From an uncultured Solirubrobacterales bacterium (GTDB lineage Bacteria; Actinomycetota; Thermoleophilia; Solirubrobacterales; Solirubrobacteraceae): a DNA stretch of 64,000 bases. Location: contig CAVXBL010000003.1 of NCBI GenBank assembly GCA_963760155.1, positions 58,663 to 122,662 of the forward strand, in the 5' to 3' direction. The translations under genes were made by a program, and so were the position numbers. Below, piece by piece: positions 1 to 8,947 of the stretch. Below the pieces are notes generated by a model, which had not been told where the DNA came from, did no database searches, and saw only the letters and a list, made by a program, of their open reading frames with translations. The stretch's first letter is position 1; each line of letters begins with the position of its first letter.

Positions 1-1
1 C

Positions 2-373
2 GAACTGATGCCCGTCAACGAGCGTTACCCGCTGGCCGACGTGATCGACGCGTGCCGCGCCTTCTACGAGCGCAAGCGCCGGCGCGTGTTCGTCGAGTAT
101 GTGATGCTCGCCGGTGTGAACGATCGCTACGAGCAGGCGGTTGCGCTCGCGAAGCTGCTCGGTCCACGCGGCTCGGGCGAGCAGCCGCGCATGTTCAAGG
201 TCAACCTGATCCCGTTCAACCCGACGGATTCGGCGTATGAAGGGTCGAGCCGCGATTCGATCGCCGCGTTCAAGGGCGCGCTGGAAGCGCGCGGTGTTCA
301 AGCGACGGTGCGGCTCACCCGCGGGCGCGATATCGACGCGGCATGCGGACAGCTGGCGGCACGCGCCGCGTGA
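2..373 (+). CDS. rlmN: Dual-specificity RNA methyltransferase RlmN, C-terminal part (begins before window)
   Basis: EYVMLAGVND, VNLIPFNP and RGRDIDAACGQL motifs. Confidence 0.93.
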   Translation, partial: ELMPVNERYPLADVIDACRAFYERKRRRVFVEYVMLAGVNDRYEQAVALAKLLGPRGSGEQPRMFKVNLIPFNPTDSAYEGSSRDSIAAFKGALEARGVQATVRLTRGRDIDAACGQLAARAA

Positions 374-432
374 ACTCTGTCCTGCGGGTCTGAGCCATCG
401 GGTTAGCTTGGTGGACGGAGTCGCCGGACGAG

Positions 433-1278
433 CTACTGAAGCTCTGGCTGTGGACCGCCGCCGCTGCGGGCCTCGCCGGCTCGCAACAGCCGGTCGCGCA
501 GCTCTGCTTGCTCCTCGGGGGTGGGATCCCATTGCGCCACGTCGGGAAGCTCGTCGATGCTCTTCAGCCCGAACAGCTTCAGAAATTGGGTGGTCGTGCG
601 GTACAGCACCGCCCCGAACTGGGAGCGTCCGGACTCTTCGAGCAGTCCACGCTCCAGCAGCGTGGAAGCGGCCGAGTCGGCGCTCACGCCGCGGATGCGC
701 GTGATCTCAGGGCGCGACACGGGCTGCAGATAGGCGACGATCGCAAGCGTCTCGGCCTGCGCGGGGGTCAGCACGGAGGCGCGCGGACGGCTGAACAAGC
801 GCCTGGCGGCCTCCTCGCACAACGGGTCGCTCGCAAACGTGAAACCGCCGCCCAGCTCGCGCAGATGGATCCCGCTGCGGCTCGGCGCGTAGCGTTCCGC
901 CAGCTCCGCCAGCGCGGCGATCACGGCAAGCTCCTCCACTGCGGCGGCGTCGGCCAGCTCCTGGGGGCTGAGCGGGTCGGGCGCGAGGAACAGCAGCGCC
1001 TCGACGGTGCGCACGATCGCGGGCTCGGGCTCCAGCAGTCCCTCTACGTCGAGCGCGCTGATGTGCTCGGTCGGCCCGACCGGCTCGGCGGCGTCTTCCG
1101 GGGTCGCAGCCTCCTCGGCGCCGTCCGCCCGCTCCAACTGCTCTGACTCGACGTCTGTGACCGACACGTCATCTTGATCGGCAGACGGCTGCCGATCCTC
1201 AAGCGCCGGCTGATCCTGCCCGGGCTCAGAACCCGGGTGGCCACCGTCATGGGGAGCGCCGCCCGGGGTGTCGCTCAT
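433..1278 (-). CDS. scpB: SMC-Scp complex subunit ScpB
   Basis: VEALLF...ETLAIVAYLQPVSRPEI..IRGV...YRTT..FL..FGL; start overlaps the scpA stop (ATGA at 1275-1278). Confidence 0.93.
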   Translation of the reverse strand: MSDTPGGAPHDGGHPGSEPGQDQPALEDRQPSADQDDVSVTDVESEQLERADGAEEAATPEDAAEPVGPTEHISALDVEGLLEPEPAIVRTVEALLFLAPDPLSPQELADAAAVEELAVIAALAELAERYAPSRSGIHLRELGGGFTFASDPLCEEAARRLFSRPRASVLTPAQAETLAIVAYLQPVSRPEITRIRGVSADSAASTLLERGLLEESGRSQFGAVLYRTTTQFLKLFGLKSIDELPDVAQWDPTPEEQAELRDRLLRAGEARSGGGPQPELQ

Positions 1279-2108
1279 CCCACGCTCGCGCTGGCCGACC
1301 GATCGGAGATTCCGCCGTGTGCCCCGAATGGAGTATTGATCTCCGATCGGTGGCGATCCCACCGGTCGTCGATCGGCGGGTCGGCCGCGGCGACCGCGTG
1401 GACGGCGATCTCTCCGAAGCTCTCGTCCTGTTCCCACCACGCTTCGCCGCGCTTGTAGAGCTCCAGCAGCGCGAACACGGTGACGGCGACGGTCATGCGG
1501 TCCTCGCCGCGCACGGCCTCGTCGAAGGAGAAGCGCCCCCGACGCAGCAGCCCGCGCAGGTGGTCGAGCCGCTCGGCGACGGTTACGCGTTGGATGGAGA
1601 TGTGGCGCAGGTTGATCGTGGGCGGCATCCGCAGCAGCCGCCCCATCGCCTGGCCGAGTACCGCCGGGTCCTGTGAGCCGTCGGTGGGCGTGGGAATCGC
1701 CTTGCGCAGATGCACGGGCAACGGCGCCGAGCGAAAGCGCACGCCCTCCTCTAGCTTGAACAGTTCCAGCAGATGAGTTGAGGCCGAGCGGTAACGGCGC
1801 GCTTGCAGCATGCGCTCCAGCAGCTCCTCAGCCGCCTCGCCGGGCTCGATGTCGAGCAGCTCCTCGCCGTCCTCGGCCAGCATCAACCGTGACTTCAATT
1901 CCAGCAACGCGGCGATCAGCACGATGAATTCAGTGGCCGTCTCCAGGTCGAGCTCGCCGCGGCCCTCCAGGTAGTCGAGGTAGGCGAGCACCACGTCGGC
2001 CAGTTCCAGCTCCAGTAGGTCCACCTCCTCGCGCAGCACGAGCGCCAGCAGCAGGTCGAACGGGCCGCTGAAGATCTCCAGGTCGAGCTCAAGCGCGGGA
2101 AGCGTCAC
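1275..2108 (-). CDS. scpA: Segregation and condensation protein ScpA
   Basis: FSGPFDLLL.L...EVDL, EFIVLIAALLELKSRLML and FALLELYK; GTG start inferred at 2108. Confidence 0.92.
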   Translation of the reverse strand: MTLPALELDLEIFSGPFDLLLALVLREEVDLLELELADVVLAYLDYLEGRGELDLETATEFIVLIAALLELKSRLMLAEDGEELLDIEPGEAAEELLERMLQARRYRSASTHLLELFKLEEGVRFRSAPLPVHLRKAIPTPTDGSQDPAVLGQAMGRLLRMPPTINLRHISIQRVTVAERLDHLRGLLRRGRFSFDEAVRGEDRMTVAVTVFALLELYKRGEAWWEQDESFGEIAVHAVAAADPPIDDRWDRHRSEINTPFGAHGGISDRSASASVG

Positions 2109-2217
2109 CGCGTCACCGTACCGGTTACTCCCGACGGTTCGCGGCGCATCGCCCTGGTTTCCCGCTCTTCCAGCACATGCTGGCCCACTTTCGCTCTTGC
2201 GCGGTCCTCTCGACCGC

Positions 2218-3225
2218 TCACTCGCCCGCCCGTGCCGGACCGACGCCCATGCACTCGCGCACGTCGGTGAGCGTCCCGCGCGCAATCGCGCGCGCGCCAG
2301 CCGCTCCGTCGCAGAGCACCCGCTCAAGCGCCTGCTCGTCGGCGCGCAGCTGGATATAACGCTCACGCACCGCTGCCAGCATCTCGACGACCGCCTCGGC
2401 GACCGCGGTCTTCAGGTCGCCGTACCCGCGGGCGTCTGCCATATCGGCTTCGACCTGCTCGGGTGTCACGCCACGCGCAACGGCGAGTATTTCGATCAGG
2501 TTAGACACACCGGGCTTGTCCGGCCCACGCTGGATCTCCCTGCCGGAGTCGGTGACGGCACTCTTGAACTTCTTGACGATCGCGGCTGGCTCATCGAGCA
2601 CGTACACGGTCCCGTGCTCGGACCCGCCTGTCGTGGACATCTTGCGCGTGGGGTCCTGCAGGTCCATGATGCGCGCCCCCACCTGTGGGATGCGGTGCTC
2701 GGGCACGACCAGCACGTCCTTGCCGTCGCCGAAGCGAGCGTTGAAGCGGCGCGCGACATCGCGCATCAGCTCCAGGTGCTCGCGCTGGTCCTCGCCGACG
2801 GGCACCTCGTGCGCACGGTAGGCGAGCACGTCGGCGGCCTGCAGCACCGGATAGAACAGCAGGCCGGCCCCCACCAGCTCGCGCTGCGCGACCGACTTGT
2901 CGCGGAACTGGTGCATGCGCTGCAGACGCCCCAGCTCGCAGACCGAGCACAACAGCCAGCACAGCTCTGTGTGCTCGTGCACGTCGCCTTGGCGGAAGAG
3001 GACGCAGCGGGCAGGGTCCAGACCTGCCGCGAGCAGTAGCGCCGTCAGGTCATACACGCTGCGGCGTAGCTCAGCGGGTTCATACGCGACGGTAATCGCG
3101 TGCAGATCGACAATGCAGTACAGCGCCTCGCCGCGGTCCTGACCGTCCACATACTGGCGGATCGCGCCGATGTAGTTGCCCAGGTGCTTAGTGCCCGTGG
3201 GTTGGATGCCGGAGAAGATGCGCAT
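2218..3225 (-). CDS. trpS: Tryptophan--tRNA ligase
   Basis: RIFSGIQPTG..HLGNYIGA, YPVLQAAD, VPVGEDQ and KMSTT (KMSKS-like). Confidence 0.96.
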   Translation of the reverse strand: MRIFSGIQPTGTKHLGNYIGAIRQYVDGQDRGEALYCIVDLHAITVAYEPAELRRSVYDLTALLLAAGLDPARCVLFRQGDVHEHTELCWLLCSVCELGRLQRMHQFRDKSVAQRELVGAGLLFYPVLQAADVLAYRAHEVPVGEDQREHLELMRDVARRFNARFGDGKDVLVVPEHRIPQVGARIMDLQDPTRKMSTTGGSEHGTVYVLDEPAAIVKKFKSAVTDSGREIQRGPDKPGVSNLIEILAVARGVTPEQVEADMADARGYGDLKTAVAEAVVEMLAAVRERYIQLRADEQALERVLCDGAAGARAIARGTLTDVRECMGVGPARAGE

Positions 3226-3290
3226 GCGTGGGGAGGGTATACACGGCGCGGCCATGCAGTCGATAGCTTGGACTGGCCTGTCGGACTCCA

Positions 3291-3785
3291 CTATGGATTG
3301 TCGTCAAGCGACTCGAGCAGGCGAGCGTCGGCGATGTCCTGTGGCCGTCCGGCCGCAAGCTTCATCCTCAGCAGATCGTCGCGGTGCGCGATCGGGACAG
3401 TCACCTCGCCGAGCGGAACCTCGTGTGCACGCGCTCGCATATCCTCAAAAGAGCCGAGATGGGCCGGAAGCGTGAGCACGTCGAGTCGCCCATGAGAGGT
3501 AACCAGATGCCACTGGTCGCTCGATCCAAGCAACGCCGCGCTCGGTACTGAGCGAGAACGCTCGCCGTCGGGGCCAAGGATTCGCGCGTCGAGGTCAACC
3601 AAGGCGGCGGCAAGCCTCTCCATGTTCTCGCTTGATGGGGAGATCGCCACATCCAGGTCGCGCGTAACGCGCTGTCCGCCATGGGCCTGAACAGCGATGC
3701 CGCCAATCGTCACGTACTCAACCCTACGATCCGCGAGCACGCGGAACAGCTCGCGCGCCTCGAAGCGGTCCTCGCCACCGCTCAC
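3291..3785 (-). CDS. Putative nucleotidyltransferase (AbiEii/DUF6036-like)
   Basis: GGIAVQAHGG.R.TRDLD NTase motif and C-terminal MKLAAGRPQD; GTG start overlaps the upstream stop (GTGA 3782-3785). Confidence 0.7.
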   Translation of the reverse strand: MSGGEDRFEARELFRVLADRRVEYVTIGGIAVQAHGGQRVTRDLDVAISPSSENMERLAAALVDLDARILGPDGERSRSVPSAALLGSSDQWHLVTSHGRLDVLTLPAHLGSFEDMRARAHEVPLGEVTVPIAHRDDLLRMKLAAGRPQDIADARLLESLDDNP

Positions 3786-3982
3786 GAGCCGGCGCGGCCG
3801 GTCACCTTGACCAAGCCGGAGCGAAGCTCGACGGCGACCTCGTTCCAGCTCAACGCGAGCGCTAGGCGCTCGGACATCGGGCGTCGCCGAGCGTCCAGCA
3901 CCGCCTCGGATATGGCCAGCGAATCGCGCACCGTATCGGCGGCAAAGGGATGGAAGGGCTGCTCGAACTCGCCGGCCGGCAT
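3782..3982 (-). CDS. Small protein coupled to the nucleotidyltransferase (possible antitoxin/partner)
   Basis: 66 aa ORF filling the gcvPB-NTase gap; its stop overlaps the NTase start. Confidence 0.55.
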   Translation of the reverse strand: MPAGEFEQPFHPFAADTVRDSLAISEAVLDARRRPMSERLALALSWNEVAVELRSGLVKVTGRAGS

Positions 3983-3988
3983 GCGTAC

Positions 3989-5596
3989 TTACTGTAGAGC
4001 CTGGCGAATCACAGGACGCTTCGCCGCGCCGACCTCGTCCAGACGCCTGACCGGCGTCGTGTAGGGCGCACCCAGCGCGATCTCCGGGTCCTCGGCGGCC
4101 TCGCGCAGGATCTCCGCGAGCGCCTCGGCGAAGCCGTCGAGCGTCTCCTTGGTCTCGGTCTCGGTGGGCTCGACCATCAGCGCCTCGTCCACGAGCAGCG
4201 GGAAGTAGACCGTCGGCGGGTGATAACCGTAGTCGAGCAGCCGCTTGGCGAGGTCGAGTGTCTTGATCTTCAGATTGCGCTTCATCGGACCCCCAGACAG
4301 CACGAACTCGTGCAGGCAGAGATCGCCGTATGCAAGCGGCAGCTGCTCGCACACACCAAGCTGGCGCAACCGCGCGAGCAGATAGTTGGCGTTGAGCACG
4401 GCCGTCTCGGAGGCGTCCTTCAGGCCAGGCGCGCCGAGCGAGCGGATGTAGGCGTAGCTGCGCACGAAGCAGCCATAGTTACCCTGAAAGCCGCGTAGGC
4501 GTCCGATCGAGTGGGAGCGTCCCGACCCGTTGGAGCGTCCTCCGTCCCGCAGCATCCCGCCGCCCGGCCCCCCATAGCCCTCGGCGCGATCGCCGACGAG
4601 GTCAAACGAGCCGTCCTCGCCGTGCACGACGCGCGGCACTGGCAGAAACGGCTCGATCCGCTCGGACACCGCGATCGGACCCGAACCGGGCCCCCCGCCC
4701 CCGTGCGGCTGGGTGAAGGACTTGTGCAGGTTGAAGTGCACAATGTCAAAGCCCATGTCACCGGGGCGTGAGAGGCCCATGACCGCGTTGAGGTTGGCGC
4801 CGTCGTAGTACAGCGTCGCGCCCACACCGTGCACAACGCTGGCGATCTCCTGGATGTTGGGGTCAAACAGGCCGAGCGTGTTGGGGTTAGTCAGCATCAG
4901 GCACGCCACGTCGGCGTCGGCCTTGGCGCGCAGGTCCTCGACGTCCACTCCACCGTCGGGGTTGGTGGCGAGCTTGACCACCTCGAAGCCCGCCATCGTG
5001 ACCGTCGCCGGATTGGTGCCGTGGGCGGTGTCGGGCGTGAGCACCTTGTGGCGACTCTCGCCGCGGGACTCGTGGTAGGCGCGCGTGAGCAGCACTCCCG
5101 CGAGCTCGCCGTGGGAGCCGGCCGACGGCTGCAGGCATACGTGCGGCAGGCCCGCTATCTCGGCAAGCGCCTCCTGCAGGTTCCACATCAGCTCCAGCGC
5201 CCCCTGCGCGCGCTCGGGGTCCTGCAGCGGATGCAGGCGAGCGTGGCCCGGCAGCGCCGCCACGCGCTCATGCAAGCGCGGGTTGTGCTTCATCGTGCAG
5301 GAGCCCAGCGGGTAGAAGCCGGAGTCGAGGTCGAAGTTGCGCTTGGAGAGGCGCACGTAGTGGCGCACGATCTCCGGCTCTGAGACCTCCGGCAGGAGCG
5401 GCGGCTCGGCGCGGCGCAGGCGGGCTGGCAGCAGCTCGTCAAGCGGCGCGTCGGGGACGTCAAGCGCGGGACATTGGAATGCACGCCGACCCGGAGCGCC
5501 GCGCTCGAAGATCGTCACAGCCGCTTCGCGTTGGAGCGCCGTGTCAGTGCTCTGCACGGGAGGTCGCGGCGTGCTCGTTGTAGATGCCTGGCTCAC
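3989..5596 (-). CDS. gcvPB: Glycine dehydrogenase (decarboxylating) subunit 2
   Basis: YPLGSCTMKHNP, QPSAGSHGE, SAHG-like TAHGTNPAT, HFNLHKSF..PHGGGGPG. Confidence 0.96.
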   Translation of the reverse strand: MSQASTTSTPRPPVQSTDTALQREAAVTIFERGAPGRRAFQCPALDVPDAPLDELLPARLRRAEPPLLPEVSEPEIVRHYVRLSKRNFDLDSGFYPLGSCTMKHNPRLHERVAALPGHARLHPLQDPERAQGALELMWNLQEALAEIAGLPHVCLQPSAGSHGELAGVLLTRAYHESRGESRHKVLTPDTAHGTNPATVTMAGFEVVKLATNPDGGVDVEDLRAKADADVACLMLTNPNTLGLFDPNIQEIASVVHGVGATLYYDGANLNAVMGLSRPGDMGFDIVHFNLHKSFTQPHGGGGPGSGPIAVSERIEPFLPVPRVVHGEDGSFDLVGDRAEGYGGPGGGMLRDGGRSNGSGRSHSIGRLRGFQGNYGCFVRSYAYIRSLGAPGLKDASETAVLNANYLLARLRQLGVCEQLPLAYGDLCLHEFVLSGGPMKRNLKIKTLDLAKRLLDYGYHPPTVYFPLLVDEALMVEPTETETKETLDGFAEALAEILREAAEDPEIALGAPYTTPVRRLDEVGAAKRPVIRQALQ

Positions 5597-5678
5597 GCGC
5601 GTAGCTCAACCTTGCTAACTACCTCGACCTCGCCAACTCTTATGTGCCGGGCCAGGACGTGGAAGGGTCGGAGGCGAG

Positions 5679-7106
5679 TCATGTGCGCACACCAACCTCA
5701 ATGGGATCACCAGAACGCGCGAAGTCACCGTTGCGGTGCTCGGCCGCGACAGCCTGGGCGAGTACCTCGGCGAGCCGGTCGATGTCGGCGCGCGAGCGGC
5801 GCTCTGTGATCGCGACCAGCAGGCCGCCATGGTCGTGCTCGCGGCCGGTGAGCGCGTGGAGATCTGCACCGGGGTTGACGCCGGCGGCGGCACAGCGGCG
5901 GCGAACCGCGGCGACGTCGGCGTCGAGGCGCACGGCGAACTCGCGCACGACCGGCTGGGTGTGCAGCGGCTGAACACCGTCCAGCGCACAGAGCGTTTCG
6001 CGTGCGTAGTGCGTGCGCCGCAGCAGCAGCTCGCCCAGTTCGACGAAGCCTCGTCGCCCGAGCCAGGAGAGGTAGACGACGCCAGCGAGCGCGTTGAGTG
6101 CTTGGGAGGTGCAGATGTTGGAGGTGGCCTTCTCGCGGCGGATGTGCTGCTCGCGCGTTTGCAGCGTGAGCACGAAGCCACGGCGCCCGTCCACATCGGT
6201 GGTCTCCCCGGCGATGCGCCCGGGCATACGGCGTAGGTAGGACTCGCGCGCGGCGAAGAACCCAAACGAGGGGCCGCCGAAGTCGAGGCGATTGCCGAGC
6301 GACTGGCCCTCCCCGACGGCGACGTCCACCCCACAGTCCCCGGGCGGGGCGAGCGCACCGAGCACGATCGGGTCTACCTGGGTGACCGTGACGAGCTGCT
6401 CGCCGCCGGCGTCCTTGGCGGCGGCACACAGCGCGGCGGCGTCCTCGACCGCGCCGTAGAAGTTGGGCTGGGCGAAGATCGCGGCGCTGGTATCGGAGTC
6501 GATCGCGGCGGTCCACGCGTCGGGATCGGTGACTCCATCGGAGAGCGGGACCTCGACTACCTCGATGCCGTAGCCGTGCGCGTAGGTGCGCAGCGTCGCG
6601 AGCGTGTGCGGGTGCAAGCCGGCGCTGACGACGAAGCGCGAGCGCCCATTGTGAAGCTTGGCGAGATACCCCGCGGAGGCGACCGCGCTCGGTCCCTCGT
6701 ACACCGAGGCGTTCGACACCGGCAGTCCGGTGAGCTCGCAGATCGCGGTCTGGTACTCGAACATGACCTGCAGCCCGCCCTGAGAGATCTCCGGCTGGTA
6801 GGGCGTGTAGGGGGTGAGGAACTCCGAGCGCTCCATCAGCATGTCGATGATGGAGGGCACGTAATGGTCGTAGAAGCCGGCGCCGAGGAAACACAGCTCG
6901 TCCTCGGCGGACACGTTGCGGGCGGCGAGCGCGCGTAGGTGCTCGTAGACGTCCTGCTCGCTCTGGCCGTCGGGGAGCGCGAGCGGTCGGTGCAGGCGCA
7001 CCGCGGCGGGGATCTGGCGCTCGAAGATCTCCTGCACGCTGGACACGCCAATCGCCGCGAGCATCGCGGCGAGGTCTGTGTCGGTGACTGACGTGTACTG
7101 AGTCAA
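5679..7106 (-). CDS. gcvPA: Glycine dehydrogenase (decarboxylating) subunit 1
   Basis: FLGAGFYDHY.P, EFLTPYTPYQPEISQG.LQ and RREKATSNICT; TTG start inferred. Confidence 0.96.
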   Translation of the reverse strand: MTQYTSVTDTDLAAMLAAIGVSSVQEIFERQIPAAVRLHRPLALPDGQSEQDVYEHLRALAARNVSAEDELCFLGAGFYDHYVPSIIDMLMERSEFLTPYTPYQPEISQGGLQVMFEYQTAICELTGLPVSNASVYEGPSAVASAGYLAKLHNGRSRFVVSAGLHPHTLATLRTYAHGYGIEVVEVPLSDGVTDPDAWTAAIDSDTSAAIFAQPNFYGAVEDAAALCAAAKDAGGEQLVTVTQVDPIVLGALAPPGDCGVDVAVGEGQSLGNRLDFGGPSFGFFAARESYLRRMPGRIAGETTDVDGRRGFVLTLQTREQHIRREKATSNICTSQALNALAGVVYLSWLGRRGFVELGELLLRRTHYARETLCALDGVQPLHTQPVVREFAVRLDADVAAVRRRCAAAGVNPGADLHALTGREHDHGGLLVAITERRSRADIDRLAEVLAQAVAAEHRNGDFARSGDPIEVGVRT

Positions 7107-7262
7107 GTGCGCTGAGCCTAGCCGGTGTGCCGGGCGTTTCCGGACCCTGCGGCGGCTGGCGGGAACACGCACCAGACGTTCCCCGACCGTGCCATGGCCG
7201 GGGCAGATGTGCCTTGCACGTTCCCCGGACCCGCTACGGCCAGCGCAAACGTGCGCCTGGGC

Positions 7263-7661
7263 CTAGCCAAGGCTGGCGCTGTAGGCGTCGGCGTCCATCA
7301 GCCCGTCGCGCTCGGTGGGATCGGACATGCGCACCTTCACGAGCCAGCCCTCGCCGTAGGGGTCGTCGTTGATCTCGTGCGGTTTGTCGGCGAGCGCGTC
7401 GTTGACCTCGACGATCTCCCCCGACAGCGGAGCGACCACGTCGGAGACGGCCTTGACGGACTCGACCTCGGCGTAGGGCTCATCCTTGTTGAGGATCGTG
7501 CCGGGCGCGGGCGGGTCGAAGTACACGACCTCGCCGAGCGCGTCCTGCGCGTACCAGGTGATGCCGAGCACCGCCACGTCGGGATCGGCGGGGTCGATGC
7601 GGGCCCAGTCGTGTTCGGGGTGGTACAGCAGGTCGTCGGGGTAGCTCACCTCGGCCATCAC
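7263..7661 (-). CDS. gcvH: Glycine cleavage system H protein
   Basis: GIT.YAQDALGEVVY, EVESVKAVSDV (lipoyl-Lys) and NDDPYGEGWL. Confidence 0.97.
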   Translation of the reverse strand: MMAEVSYPDDLLYHPEHDWARIDPADPDVAVLGITWYAQDALGEVVYFDPPAPGTILNKDEPYAEVESVKAVSDVVAPLSGEIVEVNDALADKPHEINDDPYGEGWLVKVRMSDPTERDGLMDADAYSASLG

Positions 7662-8803
7662 TGGTCCTTTCGATAGAGCGGTTTGGACTTGACGGTCGCG
7701 GGGCGGATCTTGCCACGAACGTTGATTTCGATGGGCGTGCCCACGCCCGAGCGCTCGGCCGGGACGTACGCCATGCCGATGCCGACGCCCAGCGAGGGCG
7801 AGAGCGTGCCGCTCGTGACCTGTCCGCCGCCGACCACGGGGTTGCCCTGGCGGGCGATGCCGGGGCCGTCGAGCGTGAACGCGACGAGCCTCTCCGGCGG
7901 CCTGCCGGCAGAGCCCAGTGTGGGCGTCGCCGACGCGGAGGACACAGGGAAATCAGAGGACGCAAGCGCGGCCTGAAGGGCGGTCCGCGCGGCGCGGATC
8001 GCGTCCGCGCCGATGAAGCCGGTGTCCTCCCGGCAGCACCAGCCGAGGCCCGCTTCGATCGGATTACGGTCGAGCGACAGGTCGTTGCCGTACAGGTGAA
8101 AGCACGCCTCCAAGCGCAGCGTGTCCCGCGCAGCCAGCCCGGCCGGGGTGGCGCCACGGTGGCACAGCTCGTCCCACAGCGCGGGGGCGTGCTCGGGCGC
8201 GAGCAGCAGCTCGACGCCGTCCTCGCCGGTGTAGCCGGTGCCGCACACGAGCAGCTCGGCACCGGACAGGCGACGGGTAGCGGCGGTCATGCGGGCGGGT
8301 AGCGGCGCGTCGGAGATCGCCTGCACGATCTCGCGCGCGAGCGGACCCTGCACGGCAAGCATCGCGTAGTCGTCGATGCGGTCGTGAACTTCGACATCAA
8401 AGTCGCCGGTGTGCTGACAAAACCAGTTCAGATCACGCTCGTGGTTGGAGGCGTTGGTGACCGTCAGGTAGCGGTTGGGCTCCAGGCGGTAGGTGAACAG
8501 ATCATCGAGCACCCCACCGTCCTCGCGGCACAACACGCTGTACTGCGCGCCACCGACGGGAATGACCGACACGTCGTTTGACAGCAGGCGCTGCAGCAGT
8601 GCGAGCGCGCCGGGACCGGACGTCTCGATCTCGCCCATGTGCGACACGTCGAAGATGCCGCAGCGCTCGCGCACCGCCATGTGCTCGGTGCGCACCCCGT
8701 CGGGGTACTGCACCGGCATCTCCCACCCGGCGAAGTCAACAATCTTCGCGCCCGCCGCGACGTGGCGGTCGTATAGGACGGTGCGGCGAGGGGCGGACGA
8801 CAC
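7658..8803 (-). CDS. gcvT: Aminomethyltransferase (glycine cleavage T protein)
   Basis: FAGWEMPVQY, GIFDVSHMGE, TGYTGEDGVEL and ARDTLRLEA; GTG start inferred. Confidence 0.96.
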   Translation of the reverse strand: MSSAPRRTVLYDRHVAAGAKIVDFAGWEMPVQYPDGVRTEHMAVRERCGIFDVSHMGEIETSGPGALALLQRLLSNDVSVIPVGGAQYSVLCREDGGVLDDLFTYRLEPNRYLTVTNASNHERDLNWFCQHTGDFDVEVHDRIDDYAMLAVQGPLAREIVQAISDAPLPARMTAATRRLSGAELLVCGTGYTGEDGVELLLAPEHAPALWDELCHRGATPAGLAARDTLRLEACFHLYGNDLSLDRNPIEAGLGWCCREDTGFIGADAIRAARTALQAALASSDFPVSSASATPTLGSAGRPPERLVAFTLDGPGIARQGNPVVGGGQVTSGTLSPSLGVGIGMAYVPAERSGVGTPIEINVRGKIRPATVKSKPLYRKDQ

Positions 8804-8839
8804 GGCGCGCAGGTTATCGAGAGCGCACCGATTGCTGTC

Positions 8840-8934
8840 CGGGGACGTACATGTACGTCCCCGCGAGGAGCCGCATGCGGCTCCTCGTCCGATGGCGCAT
8901 GCGCCATCGGCACCCCCGCACATGTGCGGGGGTG
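8840..8934. repeat. Array of four abutting perfect palindromes, each centred on CATG
   Basis: CGGGGACGTACATGTACGTCCCCG (8840-8863), CGAGGAGCCGCATGCGGCTCCTCG (8864-8887), CCGATGGCGCATGCGCCATCGG (8889-8910), CACCCCCGCACATGTGCGGGGGTG (8911-8934). Confidence 0.97.
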
Positions 8935-8947
8935 AACTACATGGACG

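Noticed and set aside
8840-8934. CRISPR array
   Set aside because: No identical repeats or spacers, and no cas genes in the window
8804-8947. Glycine riboswitch upstream of gcvT
   Set aside because: No GGAGA/GAAGG/CTCAGG aptamer motifs are visible; the space is occupied by the palindrome array
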